DNA from: Candidatus Nanohaloarchaea archaeon
GTDB taxonomy: Archaea > Nanohalarchaeota > Nanosalinia > Nanosalinales > Nanosalinaceae
Length of the DNA: 19,426 nt
Direction: 5' to 3'
Assembly: GCA_042218075.1 (NCBI GenBank)
Contig: JBDGRK010000023.1
Location: forward strand, 22,111-41,536
How positions within the stretch are numbered: the first letter of the stretch is position 1; every line of letters begins with the position of its first letter. Shown here piece after piece: positions 8,052 to 16,365 of the stretch. The position numbers were made by a program, and so were the translations under genes. Below the pieces are notes generated by a model. That model saw only the letters and a list, made by a program, of their open reading frames with translations, had not been told where the DNA came from and did no database searches.

Positions 8052-8087
8052 CACGCGTGCGCACGCACGCGTACCGGGGTTTATATA
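8052..8087 (+). promoter_or_regulatory. Inverted repeat/alternating purine-pyrimidine tract followed by a TATA box
   Basis: ACGCGTGC-GCAC-GCACGCGT (8053-8072); TTTATATA at 8080-8087. Confidence 0.5.
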
Positions 8088-8180
8088 CTTTAGTGCCGGT
8101 GAAGTTGTCTAATAAATGTAACTTTGTAACTATAAACCTAACTAACCACCGAAATAAGGTAACTAACTAACTGATTTCCA

Positions 8181-8525
8181 ATGTATAACTGGATTCTCAG
8201 AGCTGAAAAAGAAATGCCCGAACAAAAAAGAAAACAACTAAAAATGCCTGAGGGACACGTTGTCTACCTCAATTTAAAGCAGTGGGAAGATGATAGAAGA
8301 TACTGGAAGCACAGCAAGTCAGAACTGAAGAAAAAGATAGAAAAGTTCTTACAGGGGATTCCGCGAGAAAGCATAAACCAGGATTACACTCTTGAAGAAA
8401 GAGAAACAGTAATACTATTGAAAGACTATGACACTGACGATCCAGTATTCAAGGGTAAAGTGAAAATGCCAGAACACCTCGTTGACGAAAACCCGGGACA
8501 ACAACTTGACGACGATATCCTGTAA
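8181..8525 (+). CDS. Hypothetical protein
   Basis: 114-aa charged ORF, first gene of the ATPase operon. Confidence 0.75.
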   Translation: MYNWILRAEKEMPEQKRKQLKMPEGHVVYLNLKQWEDDRRYWKHSKSELKKKIEKFLQGIPRESINQDYTLEERETVILLKDYDTDDPVFKGKVKMPEHLVDENPGQQLDDDIL

Positions 8526-8546
8526 AATCTTAGGTGTGCTGACAAA

Positions 8547-8717
8547 GTGGTAGCATCGTCTCAAACCGTTGCGGCAATCGGATACATCTCAACAATAATC
8601 GGAATACTGGTCGGATACTGGGGACTCGACCAATCCTTCAACTCCGTCTTGACAACAGCACTCATCACAGGAGGAATCGGAGTAGCCGCCGCACCCTGGA
8701 TAATACCATACCTCTAA
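8547..8717 (+). CDS. 56-aa two-TM protein (MVASSQTVAAIGYISTIIGILVGYWG...WIIPYL), not in ORF track
   Basis: AGGTG SD, GTG start, two Gly-rich hydrophobic helices, fills the gap in the operon. Confidence 0.7.
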   Translation: MVASSQTVAAIGYISTIIGILVGYWGLDQSFNSVLTTALITGGIGVAAAPWIIPYL

Positions 8718-8733
8718 AAAACAACCATCAAAA

Positions 8734-9384
8734 ATGAAAAACGACAAACAAATCACACTGGTCGTACTAACCTCGCTCGGAATCGCTGGACTAGGATTCT
8801 TCATCAACTCCGGACCAGTACTAAAATACGGAGTACCAGGATCAATACTCGCCCTATACTTCGCAGCCTACATAATACAAAACAAAAGCCTTCCAAGCGC
8901 AGAAGACCTTAAAGAAGAAGCATCAGGCGACAACCTGCTCTCCCAGACATCCGAGAAAACAGCTGGCGACATCGTCAAACAGTGGGCCAAAAAAAGAAAT
9001 ACCTCGGTAAACATTGACTGGCAGAAAACCGACTTCGACACCAAAGAACTCCGAGACTGGGATCAAGTACTCAGAGCAGTTATAGGAGCCTTGGACGGAG
9101 CAGACAACAAACAAATATTCTTTGTAGACATGGTCAAGGAGAAGGTTGTCGGAAAGAAGCGAATCCGGACTAAAGACCACGAGGTAAAGCCGTACAAGTA
9201 CTGCGATCACTATCAAGAATACAAGCGCAGAACACAATCCGGCGGCCTACCGGAAGGTCAAAGCAGGCCTAGGCGTCAGTACGGTCAAATCCCTCAGTTT
9301 CTCCAGCCGAACACGATGCACGTACAAGGCGGACAGAGACAGACAGGAAACAACAACGGCGACTCCAGCGGTGACGATGAGTGA
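8734..9384 (+). CDS. Membrane protein with two N-terminal TMs and a soluble domain; probable ATPase partner
   Basis: Hydrophobic N-terminus; GTGA overlap with the ATPase gene. Confidence 0.85.
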   Translation: MKNDKQITLVVLTSLGIAGLGFFINSGPVLKYGVPGSILALYFAAYIIQNKSLPSAEDLKEEASGDNLLSQTSEKTAGDIVKQWAKKRNTSVNIDWQKTDFDTKELRDWDQVLRAVIGALDGADNKQIFFVDMVKEKVVGKKRIRTKDHEVKPYKYCDHYQEYKRRTQSGGLPEGQSRPRRQYGQIPQFLQPNTMHVQGGQRQTGNNNGDSSGDDE

Positions 9385-10664
9385 AACCTGGTAGACTGGA
9401 AAGCATGGACCGAGTGTTCGGACGCAGCAACAACCCTGCGATCCGAACCCTGGCAAACCAAGAAGACCTCGACGCCGACTACAGCAACGGAATACCTGTA
9501 GCCAAAACCAAAGGAACTGGCGACATCGTCTACATCGACTTCCATAACACCACTAAAGTCGGGTTATTCGGTCCCTCTGGTTCAGGGAAAACAATCTTCG
9601 GTAAGGCAATGGTGTCACGTCTCTCGGAGACAGGCCGAGTGATCTACAACGGGGGCGACGTAAAGAACGACTTCCAAGTCCTCGACAAGTACGGCGGCGT
9701 CAGCAAGAAACTGATCGACAAAATGGGTTTGATGGCTAACGAAGAGCCGACAGAGATACCGAAGAAACTGTTTGTGCCGAAGCCTGTTTTAGAAGCTTGG
9801 GGTAAGAACCCGTCCTATGTCACACCGTTCACGCTCGGATTCCAGGATATCAGCGAAACGGACTTTAAATTCTTGGTAGGGGAAGGCGATCTTACCACGG
9901 CTCAAGATGCTGTCTTGAGCAACGTGTTGAACGAGATCAGTATCAAGGAGACGAGTTTCGACGAGCTACGGACACTGGTGGAGCAGAAAAGCGAGAGCGT
10001 ACAGGTGGAAAAGAGTCTGCGCAGCAAATTGAACGGTTTGGAATCCAATATGGTGATCTCGAACAGGTACCGCGAAGATCCTGTAAAATTCTTGGATGAA
10101 GGGTATGCCGTGGCACTCGGTTTGCAGGGTTTTTCGAACTTTACGAACGGCGGTATGTACAAGTTGCAGTTCTACGTCTCGGTAGTGTTTCGGAACCTTA
10201 TGAACCGGGTTATGAAAGGTGATATCGATGCTGATCTGGTTGGTTTGTGGCCGGAGTTTCACCGCATGGCTCCATCTGGTGAAAGTTCTTTGTTGAAGCA
10301 GCAGGTTGAGGAGTTCTTCAACATGAAACAGCGGCAGATGGATATGCCGATTGTCTTAGATAGTCAGTCTCCGGGCCAGATTCCGAATCCGAATATTAAG
10401 TCGAGTCAGTACAATTTCTTGGGTAAGCTGACGCATGTGTTCTTGGGCTGTGACCGGAATGGCCGTGAGTTAGGTGAGAAGGACTGGAAGACTGTGTTGA
10501 AGTCGATGAACATGTTGAACCGGAGTAATGTGGATGAGTGGCGGAGCCGGATGGCGAGTTTGGAGCCGTTTGATTTTTTGTACGTGAATCCGGGTAAGCA
10601 TGATCGGCCTCGTGATTGTCCTGTGGTCCGTAGTTTGGCTCCGTTGGTCAGTCATCCTGACTGA
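9381..10664 (+). CDS. HerA/FtsK/VirB4-superfamily P-loop ATPase (candidate genome packaging/extrusion motor)
   Basis: Walker A VGLFGPSGSGKT; post-Walker A DVKNDF; helical insert; Walker B-like LVGLWPEFHR; IVLDSQSP (hhhxSQ) motif. Confidence 0.85.
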   Translation: MKPGRLESMDRVFGRSNNPAIRTLANQEDLDADYSNGIPVAKTKGTGDIVYIDFHNTTKVGLFGPSGSGKTIFGKAMVSRLSETGRVIYNGGDVKNDFQVLDKYGGVSKKLIDKMGLMANEEPTEIPKKLFVPKPVLEAWGKNPSYVTPFTLGFQDISETDFKFLVGEGDLTTAQDAVLSNVLNEISIKETSFDELRTLVEQKSESVQVEKSLRSKLNGLESNMVISNRYREDPVKFLDEGYAVALGLQGFSNFTNGGMYKLQFYVSVVFRNLMNRVMKGDIDADLVGLWPEFHRMAPSGESSLLKQQVEEFFNMKQRQMDMPIVLDSQSPGQIPNPNIKSSQYNFLGKLTHVFLGCDRNGRELGEKDWKTVLKSMNMLNRSNVDEWRSRMASLEPFDFLYVNPGKHDRPRDCPVVRSLAPLVSHPD

Positions 10665-10725
10665 GTTGTTCTACGCAGCAAATTAGCCGGAATAGTTTTA
10701 AAGTGGTTTACCGGTTTTATGTGTT

Positions 10726-11058
10726 ATGACTGGAAGCAATATTAAGGTGCCAAAGTATGCGGAGAAGAATGCCAGGAAGGGGGTGAAACTTCGGAAAGAG
10801 AAGTTTTCGGAGAGCAACCGTCCTGTCCTCAGTCAGAAGGAAGCTCGGAAGAAAGGTGTTCACAGCGGGATGACGACTGCGAAGACGCTGCAAGCTAATG
10901 ATTACATCAGTAAGGGTATGGCGGAGCGTATCTACAGTTATTTGAGCCGGAATAAGGGTCAGAAGCGTACTGATAAGGTGAAGGTAGCTCGTTTGGTTTG
11001 GGGTGGTGATGAGTCCGGGCGTTTCCAGAAGTACCTAAAGAAACGCCTCGATAAGTGA
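10726..11058 (+). CDS. Basic protein resembling a widespread phage domain of unknown function ending in WGGD
   Basis: P..A..NARKG..LR...G...A..L....IS......RIYSYLSR...A.L.WGGD pattern recalled from phage proteins; TTTTAAA box about 10697-10703. Confidence 0.75.
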   Translation: MTGSNIKVPKYAEKNARKGVKLRKEKFSESNRPVLSQKEARKKGVHSGMTTAKTLQANDYISKGMAERIYSYLSRNKGQKRTDKVKVARLVWGGDESGRFQKYLKKRLDK

Positions 11059-11159
11059 AAAAAGAAAAAGTTGGTCGAGGGGGTTTTGGTCGAATCTTGT
11101 TTTTAAAGCAATATGGTTTATAAACCACGGATAGCCAGTAACACATGTAGCACAGGAAA

Positions 11160-11471
11160 ATGGTAGTCGGCAAAAAAGAAAAAGGAGACATCGAACTCGA
11201 CACACGAGCAAAGAAAATCAAAGCACAAGGCAAAATATACCGTCCAAGAAAAGCACGAGGATACAAAGTATACAGCGACACCAACGACAGGAAACGCCGG
11301 GACGTATTCGTACCCGGGAAAATGAAAGAAGACTTCGGAAAAGACCTGCCGGACACAGCTAAAGTATTCTGGAACGGTCAATATCGAAAAGCAAAGCTGT
11401 CCTTCAGACGTGGCAAAGGCCGGAACATCCTTGTCTACCAGTTCCGAGTGTCTTCACGCGCACAGAAATAA
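11160..11471 (+). CDS. Highly basic beta-rich protein, paralog A
   Basis: K/R-rich; aligns with 11486-11764; TTTATAAA box at 11117-11124. Confidence 0.8.
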   Translation: MVVGKKEKGDIELDTRAKKIKAQGKIYRPRKARGYKVYSDTNDRKRRDVFVPGKMKEDFGKDLPDTAKVFWNGQYRKAKLSFRRGKGRNILVYQFRVSSRAQK

Positions 11472-11485
11472 TAGGTGATGCACAA

Positions 11486-11764
11486 GTGGCTACCAAAGTC
11501 GGTAAACAAAGCTACAGGCTGGACAAAAAGGCTGTATTGAAAATCCCTGGAGAAGGCAAATTCAAAGAACCTGTGTACGTCTACACCGGAGACAACAAGA
11601 AGATGCGGACGATCTTCATGCCGAACGGTGTCTCTTACCGGAAGGCTCCGGATAAGGCGAAGGTTGAGTTCAATGGTGAGACGTATACTGCGGAGAAGTT
11701 CGGCAGTAATACGAATCAGCGTCCGAGCTATGACTTTGAAGTGTCCTCGGCTTTCCAACCTTAG
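11486..11764 (+). CDS. Basic beta-rich protein, paralog B
   Basis: AGGTGA SD, GTG start; shares PDxAKVxxNG and YxFxVSS with paralog A. Confidence 0.8.
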   Translation: MATKVGKQSYRLDKKAVLKIPGEGKFKEPVYVYTGDNKKMRTIFMPNGVSYRKAPDKAKVEFNGETYTAEKFGSNTNQRPSYDFEVSSAFQP

Positions 11765-11832
11765 GGATTTAAAAAGAAGATTCACGTATAACAAAACATA
11801 GGACAGCAAGACATGGAGGCCAGAAAAAACAA

Positions 11833-12852
11833 GTGAAACACAAAACCACCATCCTCACAATAACACTACTCCTCACGGCAGGAATCGCATCCGCACAATC
11901 AACCAAGCTTCCAGCAGACCAAGTAGCAACAAATCAAAACACAGACACCCAATTCTCCAACCAAGAACTACATCCTGCAGAAAAACAAGGACTACTAGAC
12001 CTACAACTAAGCTTCCTATTATCCACACTGAACGCAAACAAAATCACAGTACCTCCCGGCGGCAAAATCGGATTCAACAGCGAAGTAGACATACTAAACA
12101 GTTTCAAAACCGAAAACGCGTACTCGGTATTCACAGTATATGACTGCGGTGACAGTGACTGCAATAACCCGCCGCAAGAAGACATTAACGGCGATAACAA
12201 AGTAGATAGCTGCCAGATCGAAGGCGATGTACGTCAAGGTAAAGATGACTGCATAAACTCGATCTCAACACCGGTATCCGATCTATACCCGTTAAGAACT
12301 GGACTAGCTGACGGAGAAACACTTGAATCCAGTATAGACTACACGCTTGACTCGGATGCCGACACAGGCACATACATAGCCGAGACCTATATTTGGACTA
12401 CGACTAACAGTATAGTGTCAGATACTCCATCTGAGAAGTTTACTGTAGAAGAGCAAAGCGACGGAGGAAACGACGAAGACGACGAAGACGACGGAGAAAG
12501 CAATCGGTACGACAGTGACGGCGACGGAGTCTACAACAGCAACGACCAATGCAAATACGAATTCGGGAACAAAGACAACGGATGCCCCGACACCGACTAC
12601 GACAAAGACGGAGTGAAAAACACTGCTGACGCCTGCCCGAACACCTTCGGAGAGAAAGAAAACGGATGCCCAGTCAAAGACTCAGACAACGACGGAGTAA
12701 TCAACGCACAAGACAACTGCCCTGACAAAAAAGGCGTCTTGTCCAACAACGGCTGCCCGAAACCCGAAAACCCATTCCCAGTAATACCTGCAGCCATAGG
12801 ACTGCTAGCACTGCTAATGATCGGAGGCGCAGCAATTGTTAAATGGAGATGA
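11833..12852 (+). CDS. Secreted, C-terminally anchored protein with thrombospondin type-3 (Ca-binding) repeats
   Basis: Signal peptide; three DxDxDGVxNxxDxC....G...NGCP repeats; C-terminal TM; GGAGG SD. Confidence 0.9.
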   Translation: MKHKTTILTITLLLTAGIASAQSTKLPADQVATNQNTDTQFSNQELHPAEKQGLLDLQLSFLLSTLNANKITVPPGGKIGFNSEVDILNSFKTENAYSVFTVYDCGDSDCNNPPQEDINGDNKVDSCQIEGDVRQGKDDCINSISTPVSDLYPLRTGLADGETLESSIDYTLDSDADTGTYIAETYIWTTTNSIVSDTPSEKFTVEEQSDGGNDEDDEDDGESNRYDSDGDGVYNSNDQCKYEFGNKDNGCPDTDYDKDGVKNTADACPNTFGEKENGCPVKDSDNDGVINAQDNCPDKKGVLSNNGCPKPENPFPVIPAAIGLLALLMIGGAAIVKWR

Positions 12853-13330
12853 ACTACTTGTAACAGGATTCGCACTACTCCTAATCGCAGCAGGAGCAGC
12901 AACAGTCTCAAACATCCAACTACCAGGCACAGAAAAACCGCAGGGACCTAACCAACCCGCCGAATGCACTTTGAAAGGCTCCATAGGAATCGAAGGCACA
13001 GGAACCAAGATCAAGATCAACGAAGGCAGCCTGCAGACAAAGATCAAGGAATCAGGTTTATTCTCCCTAAGTATTGTATCACCTGGAACCAGTCTCTCTA
13101 TTTTGAAAGCGGAGAACGTGGAAATGACATACACGCTTTCAGGTCCTGAAAGCCGTGAACAGAAGGATTCACTGGGAAGCGTTGGTAAGCTTGGCGGCAG
13201 CAAAAGCTCTGCGTTCAAGTTCACTGATCTAAGTCAAGGAACATACCAGCTAGACATGGATCTCAACTGGAACACAGGAAGCGACAGCTTCACTAAAACA
13301 GTCAACGTCCAGTGCGGAGGTGAGAGGTAA
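12836..13330 (+). CDS. N-terminally anchored beta-sandwich (Ig-like) protein
   Basis: N-terminal hydrophobic helix; FKFTDLSQGTYQLDM motif; GGAGG SD before TTG. Confidence 0.8.
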   Translation: MLNGDELLVTGFALLLIAAGAATVSNIQLPGTEKPQGPNQPAECTLKGSIGIEGTGTKIKINEGSLQTKIKESGLFSLSIVSPGTSLSILKAENVEMTYTLSGPESREQKDSLGSVGKLGGSKSSAFKFTDLSQGTYQLDMDLNWNTGSDSFTKTVNVQCGGER

Positions 13331-13333
13331 ACA

Positions 13334-13708
13334 GTGGCTTTCTGGCTTGCAGCTATACCGGGAGTGCTGCTTGTAGCAGGTTTGGCAGCTGTATCGAGTT
13401 TTCTGGTTCACTGGGTTAGTATAGGTGCTGGCGCGTTTGGAGCAGCAATACTTTTGAAACGTCTTGTTGATGAAGACCCGGTGCCTCTAACCAGCAATGA
13501 AGATGTGAACCATTTTATTTACGCCGGATTTTCTGCTGTAATGGGTTTTCTAGCATATAAAGTCGTGCAGTACGCGTTTGCTGTCGCAGGACTGCTTTTG
13601 TCCATAGCTATTGCTGCGGTAATAGTTGCAGGGTATTACTTCGGGTTTTCTGTTGTTCTTGCAGCTTTGGCTGATTTTGCGTTAGAGTTTTTTGACGGAG
13701 GTGAGTGA
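13334..13708 (+). CDS. Multi-pass membrane protein
   Basis: About four hydrophobic helices; GGAGGTGA SD. Confidence 0.85.
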   Translation: MAFWLAAIPGVLLVAGLAAVSSFLVHWVSIGAGAFGAAILLKRLVDEDPVPLTSNEDVNHFIYAGFSAVMGFLAYKVVQYAFAVAGLLLSIAIAAVIVAGYYFGFSVVLAALADFALEFFDGGE

Positions 13709-14231
13709 AAAGCCAGTGAAATTATCTGATTTTCTGGATATTGACCGGAGAAGCCAGGTACTGTACTTCCTATCTGTTTTAATTCCGAGTTTTTCACTGG
13801 CAGCGGTGTACATCTACGGCAACGGACCGAAACTAGCTCAGATGCAGGCATACAGCAAGTTCGATCCCCTGCTATTTGTTTCAGGTGCGTTAATCGGCGC
13901 AGCCGGTTTATCAGCTGTTGCCTGGTACTTTACTGAGAAGCCATCCGTTGCTGTAGCTCCTATAATTGGCAACATTGTAGGACTGTACGGCGGGTTGGAG
14001 GATGTTGCTGTTTACCTGTTCTGCAGTATTCGCTCCACTGGCCGTTGCCAAGGCGTGTTCGGTCTGCCTGACAAGTTGCCGTGGTTGAATGATGCTGGTA
14101 TAGGCGTGATCTCCGAATCACTTGGTTTCAGTGCGGTAACTGATACTGCTTTAGTGGTGTCTACGGCTTTGACGATAACAGCCGGATACCTTGTCTTAGT
14201 GGCTGCGGACTTGAAGGTGTTCAACAAATAA
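13692..14231 (+). CDS. Multi-pass membrane protein (start may be GTG 13716)
   Basis: Four to five hydrophobic segments; GGAGGTGA at 13697-13704 favours the later start. Confidence 0.8.
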   Translation: MTEVSEKPVKLSDFLDIDRRSQVLYFLSVLIPSFSLAAVYIYGNGPKLAQMQAYSKFDPLLFVSGALIGAAGLSAVAWYFTEKPSVAVAPIIGNIVGLYGGLEDVAVYLFCSIRSTGRCQGVFGLPDKLPWLNDAGIGVISESLGFSAVTDTALVVSTALTITAGYLVLVAADLKVFNK

Positions 14232-14368
14232 TGAGTAGATTACCGGGTATACGAACCGAGTCTCAAAGGATAGACATCCTTGACTCGGGGTTTTACGTAT
14301 TCCGACGTAATATCTCAAATTTGGGAAAAATCTCTTGTACAGAATCGTTTTGGAGGTGACAGAATTCG

Positions 14369-14587
14369 ATGACTGACACTGAAATGGTTGTTGACGGCCT
14401 AGTGAAAGCCGGAGGGTATGGACTGGTTGCTGTAGGTTTGGATGCAGCTACCTCGGCGTTTCTAGGGTTTAGCTTCCTAGGTCAGCTACCTACTGTCTTA
14501 GAGCAGGTAACTGTTCTAGGCGGAGTTGTTGGAGCCGTTGACAACGCTTACTGGCTTATGACCGGTATGGGGCTGACGGAGGAGTAG
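14369..14587 (+). CDS. 72-aa hydrophobic helical-hairpin protein; candidate major structural protein
   Basis: Perfect GGAGGTGA SD; two Gly/Val/Ala-rich helices; downstream T-run at 14629-14634. Confidence 0.8.
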   Translation: MTDTEMVVDGLVKAGGYGLVAVGLDAATSAFLGFSFLGQLPTVLEQVTVLGGVVGAVDNAYWLMTGMGLTEE

Positions 14588-14660
14588 CTGGATGCGAAAA
14601 AAAGGATTCCGTCACCCCTCCCCCGTCCTTTTTTATATACACTTTTTGAATATATTCACT

Positions 14661-14990
14661 ATGAGGAAAATTACTGCATTGACCGCAGTATTCCTGGCAA
14701 TCTCTTTCACAGCTGCCGCCGCGCCCGGACAAAGATACGCAAACCATCAAACACCACCAGCAGATACCGGGCAAACACCTAAAGACACTCAAAAAGGTCC
14801 GCCAAAAGACACTCCTATAGGACCTGGAGGCGTCGGACAGGCACTTCAACGACTTCCAAGTCAAGCAAGCAACGTAGCACGTAACGTGCTGCAGACAATT
14901 TCAGAAATCGGCAGCGGCGAAGGACTCGGACAGGCACTGCAGACACTTCTTCAGCCAAGTAACCAGACCCGGAACACAACCACACAGTAA
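14661..14990 (+). CDS. Small secreted protein (start ATG 14661, MRKITALTAVFLAISFTAAA)
   Basis: Signal peptide; TTTATATA box about 14632-14639 fits a leaderless start; Pro/Gln-rich linker then helical domain. Confidence 0.8.
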   Translation: MRKITALTAVFLAISFTAAAAPGQRYANHQTPPADTGQTPKDTQKGPPKDTPIGPGGVGQALQRLPSQASNVARNVLQTISEIGSGEGLGQALQTLLQPSNQTRNTTTQ

Positions 14991-15000
14991 ATCACGACGG

Positions 15001-15474
15001 TTAATCTGACTGTGCTGCTACAAGCCTGATGCAGTACGGGTCAACCACTCTTTCTTCCATCTTGTTCACCCATTTGTGATCCTCGTCGCTCATCACTCCG
15101 CGTTCGTGTAATCTCTCGTGGACACAGGTACGGTACATCAGGTACGGCGGCAAATCTTTCTCGACGTAGATCTTGTCGTCAATACCTGATACAGTGCTGC
15201 CAACAGTATTCCCTGATACAATACTGTAGTTATCAGGTACAACCGCTGTCGTGAAACCGTTCGAAGAAAACTCTTCGATCTGCGAGGTATCAGCAGGTAG
15301 TTTCCCGTAAGTAATTCCCAGGTTGTATCCAAGCATTATACTGATTGCGGATATACCGATCAGTGTGAAACCGTACATCCACTGAATTCTTTTGATCTGC
15401 CGTCTTTTCTCTTCTAGTTCCCGGCGTAGAGCCTGCTCTAACTGGTGTCTATGCGGAGAGGTTTCGTCCTTCAC
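15001..15474 (-). CDS. Membrane-anchored zincin-like metallopeptidase
   Basis: TM helix then KIYVEKDL...TCVHERLHERG...DH (HExxH plus possible third ligand). Confidence 0.75.
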   Translation of the reverse strand: MKDETSPHRHQLEQALRRELEEKRRQIKRIQWMYGFTLIGISAISIMLGYNLGITYGKLPADTSQIEEFSSNGFTTAVVPDNYSIVSGNTVGSTVSGIDDKIYVEKDLPPYLMYRTCVHERLHERGVMSDEDHKWVNKMEERVVDPYCIRLVAAQSD

Positions 15475-15620
15475 GTTTCCACCCTGTCTTGGGCATGGGT
15501 AACAGGGTTAGACTTGTACGCATCCACAGCCTTCTGCCGAAGGTACAACGCAGTGAAAGCCGACTCGACCGCGATCACAATCCACTTGATTTGGCTCAAT
15601 GTCAAACCTGTTTCCGGCAT
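15471..15620 (-). CDS. 49-aa single-TM protein (MPETGLTLSQIKWIVIAVESAFTALYLRQK...), not in ORF track
   Basis: TGATG and GTGA overlaps with both neighbours; AGGTG SD. Confidence 0.7.
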   Translation of the reverse strand: MPETGLTLSQIKWIVIAVESAFTALYLRQKAVDAYKSNPVTHAQDRVET

Positions 15621-15874
15621 CAGTGAACCACCTTTTCAGAATTTGATTCAGTTCCAGATTTGTCAGATCCGGTAATCAGATTCGAGATCAAATTTTTCAG
15701 TCCAATACTGAAAGTCACCGAACCCATTACAAAAAGCAGCGGCCCTAGAACAGCTAGCACCGAATCCATTTTCTGGATATAGGTTGCGTAGGTTAATGCG
15801 GAACCGGTCAGTGTTGCGGCTGATCCGGCTAGAAGCAGTTCCAGTGTATCTTCTTTTACTGTGAACACAGTCAT
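15620..15874 (-). CDS. Two-TM membrane protein
   Basis: Two hydrophobic helices; ATGA overlap. Confidence 0.8.
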   Translation of the reverse strand: MTVFTVKEDTLELLLAGSAATLTGSALTYATYIQKMDSVLAVLGPLLFVMGSVTFSIGLKNLISNLITGSDKSGTESNSEKVVH

Positions 15875-16365
15875 CGGTTTTTCTTGGAACGCATTTCGGA
15901 TTTTCCGGTTGGAAGCTCTGATTCGCCTTCTGGTAAAGTGTCTTCAGTGTGCAGCGGTGATTCGAGAATAGTGTGGTCGGAGAGTTCTTCTTGGTCGATT
16001 ATGCAGCCGTGTCCATCGTAGTTGATGAACTCGTTGTTTTCTACGTCGTCTATGACTTCGGTTCTGACGACTTTGACTTTGCTGTGCGCTACTTCGATCT
16101 GTCCTTTTCTGCTCTTCTTTTTCGCTTCTTGTCTGGTTGACGCTGTGATTTCTCTTCTGATCACGTTTTCTACTATGTACCTGTTCTCGCAGTTTTCTAC
16201 TCGTGCGTAGTGTTCGTGTTTTCGGGCGGCTTCTTCGGCTTTTTCTCTGCTGTCTTTGCGGGGGCGGAAGCTGCAGTTGTTGTTGATGCAGGTGGCTACG
16301 AATTTTTCTTTTGGTTGGTTTTCTTTGTTTTCTTGGTGGTCGTTTTGGCCTGTGTTGTTTGTCAT
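15871..16365 (-). CDS. Hypothetical protein with possible C2H2-like Zn site
   Basis: CINNNC...AEEAARKHEH; ATGA overlaps. Confidence 0.75.
   Translation of the reverse strand: MTNNTGQNDHQENKENQPKEKFVATCINNNCSFRPRKDSREKAEEAARKHEHYARVENCENRYIVENVIRREITASTRQEAKKKSRKGQIEVAHSKVKVVRTEVIDDVENNEFINYDGHGCIIDQEELSDHTILESPLHTEDTLPEGESELPTGKSEMRSKKNR

Noticed and set aside
12505-12760. Repeated GACGGAGT and AACGGATGCCC units
   Set aside because: Explained by coding TSP3 repeats
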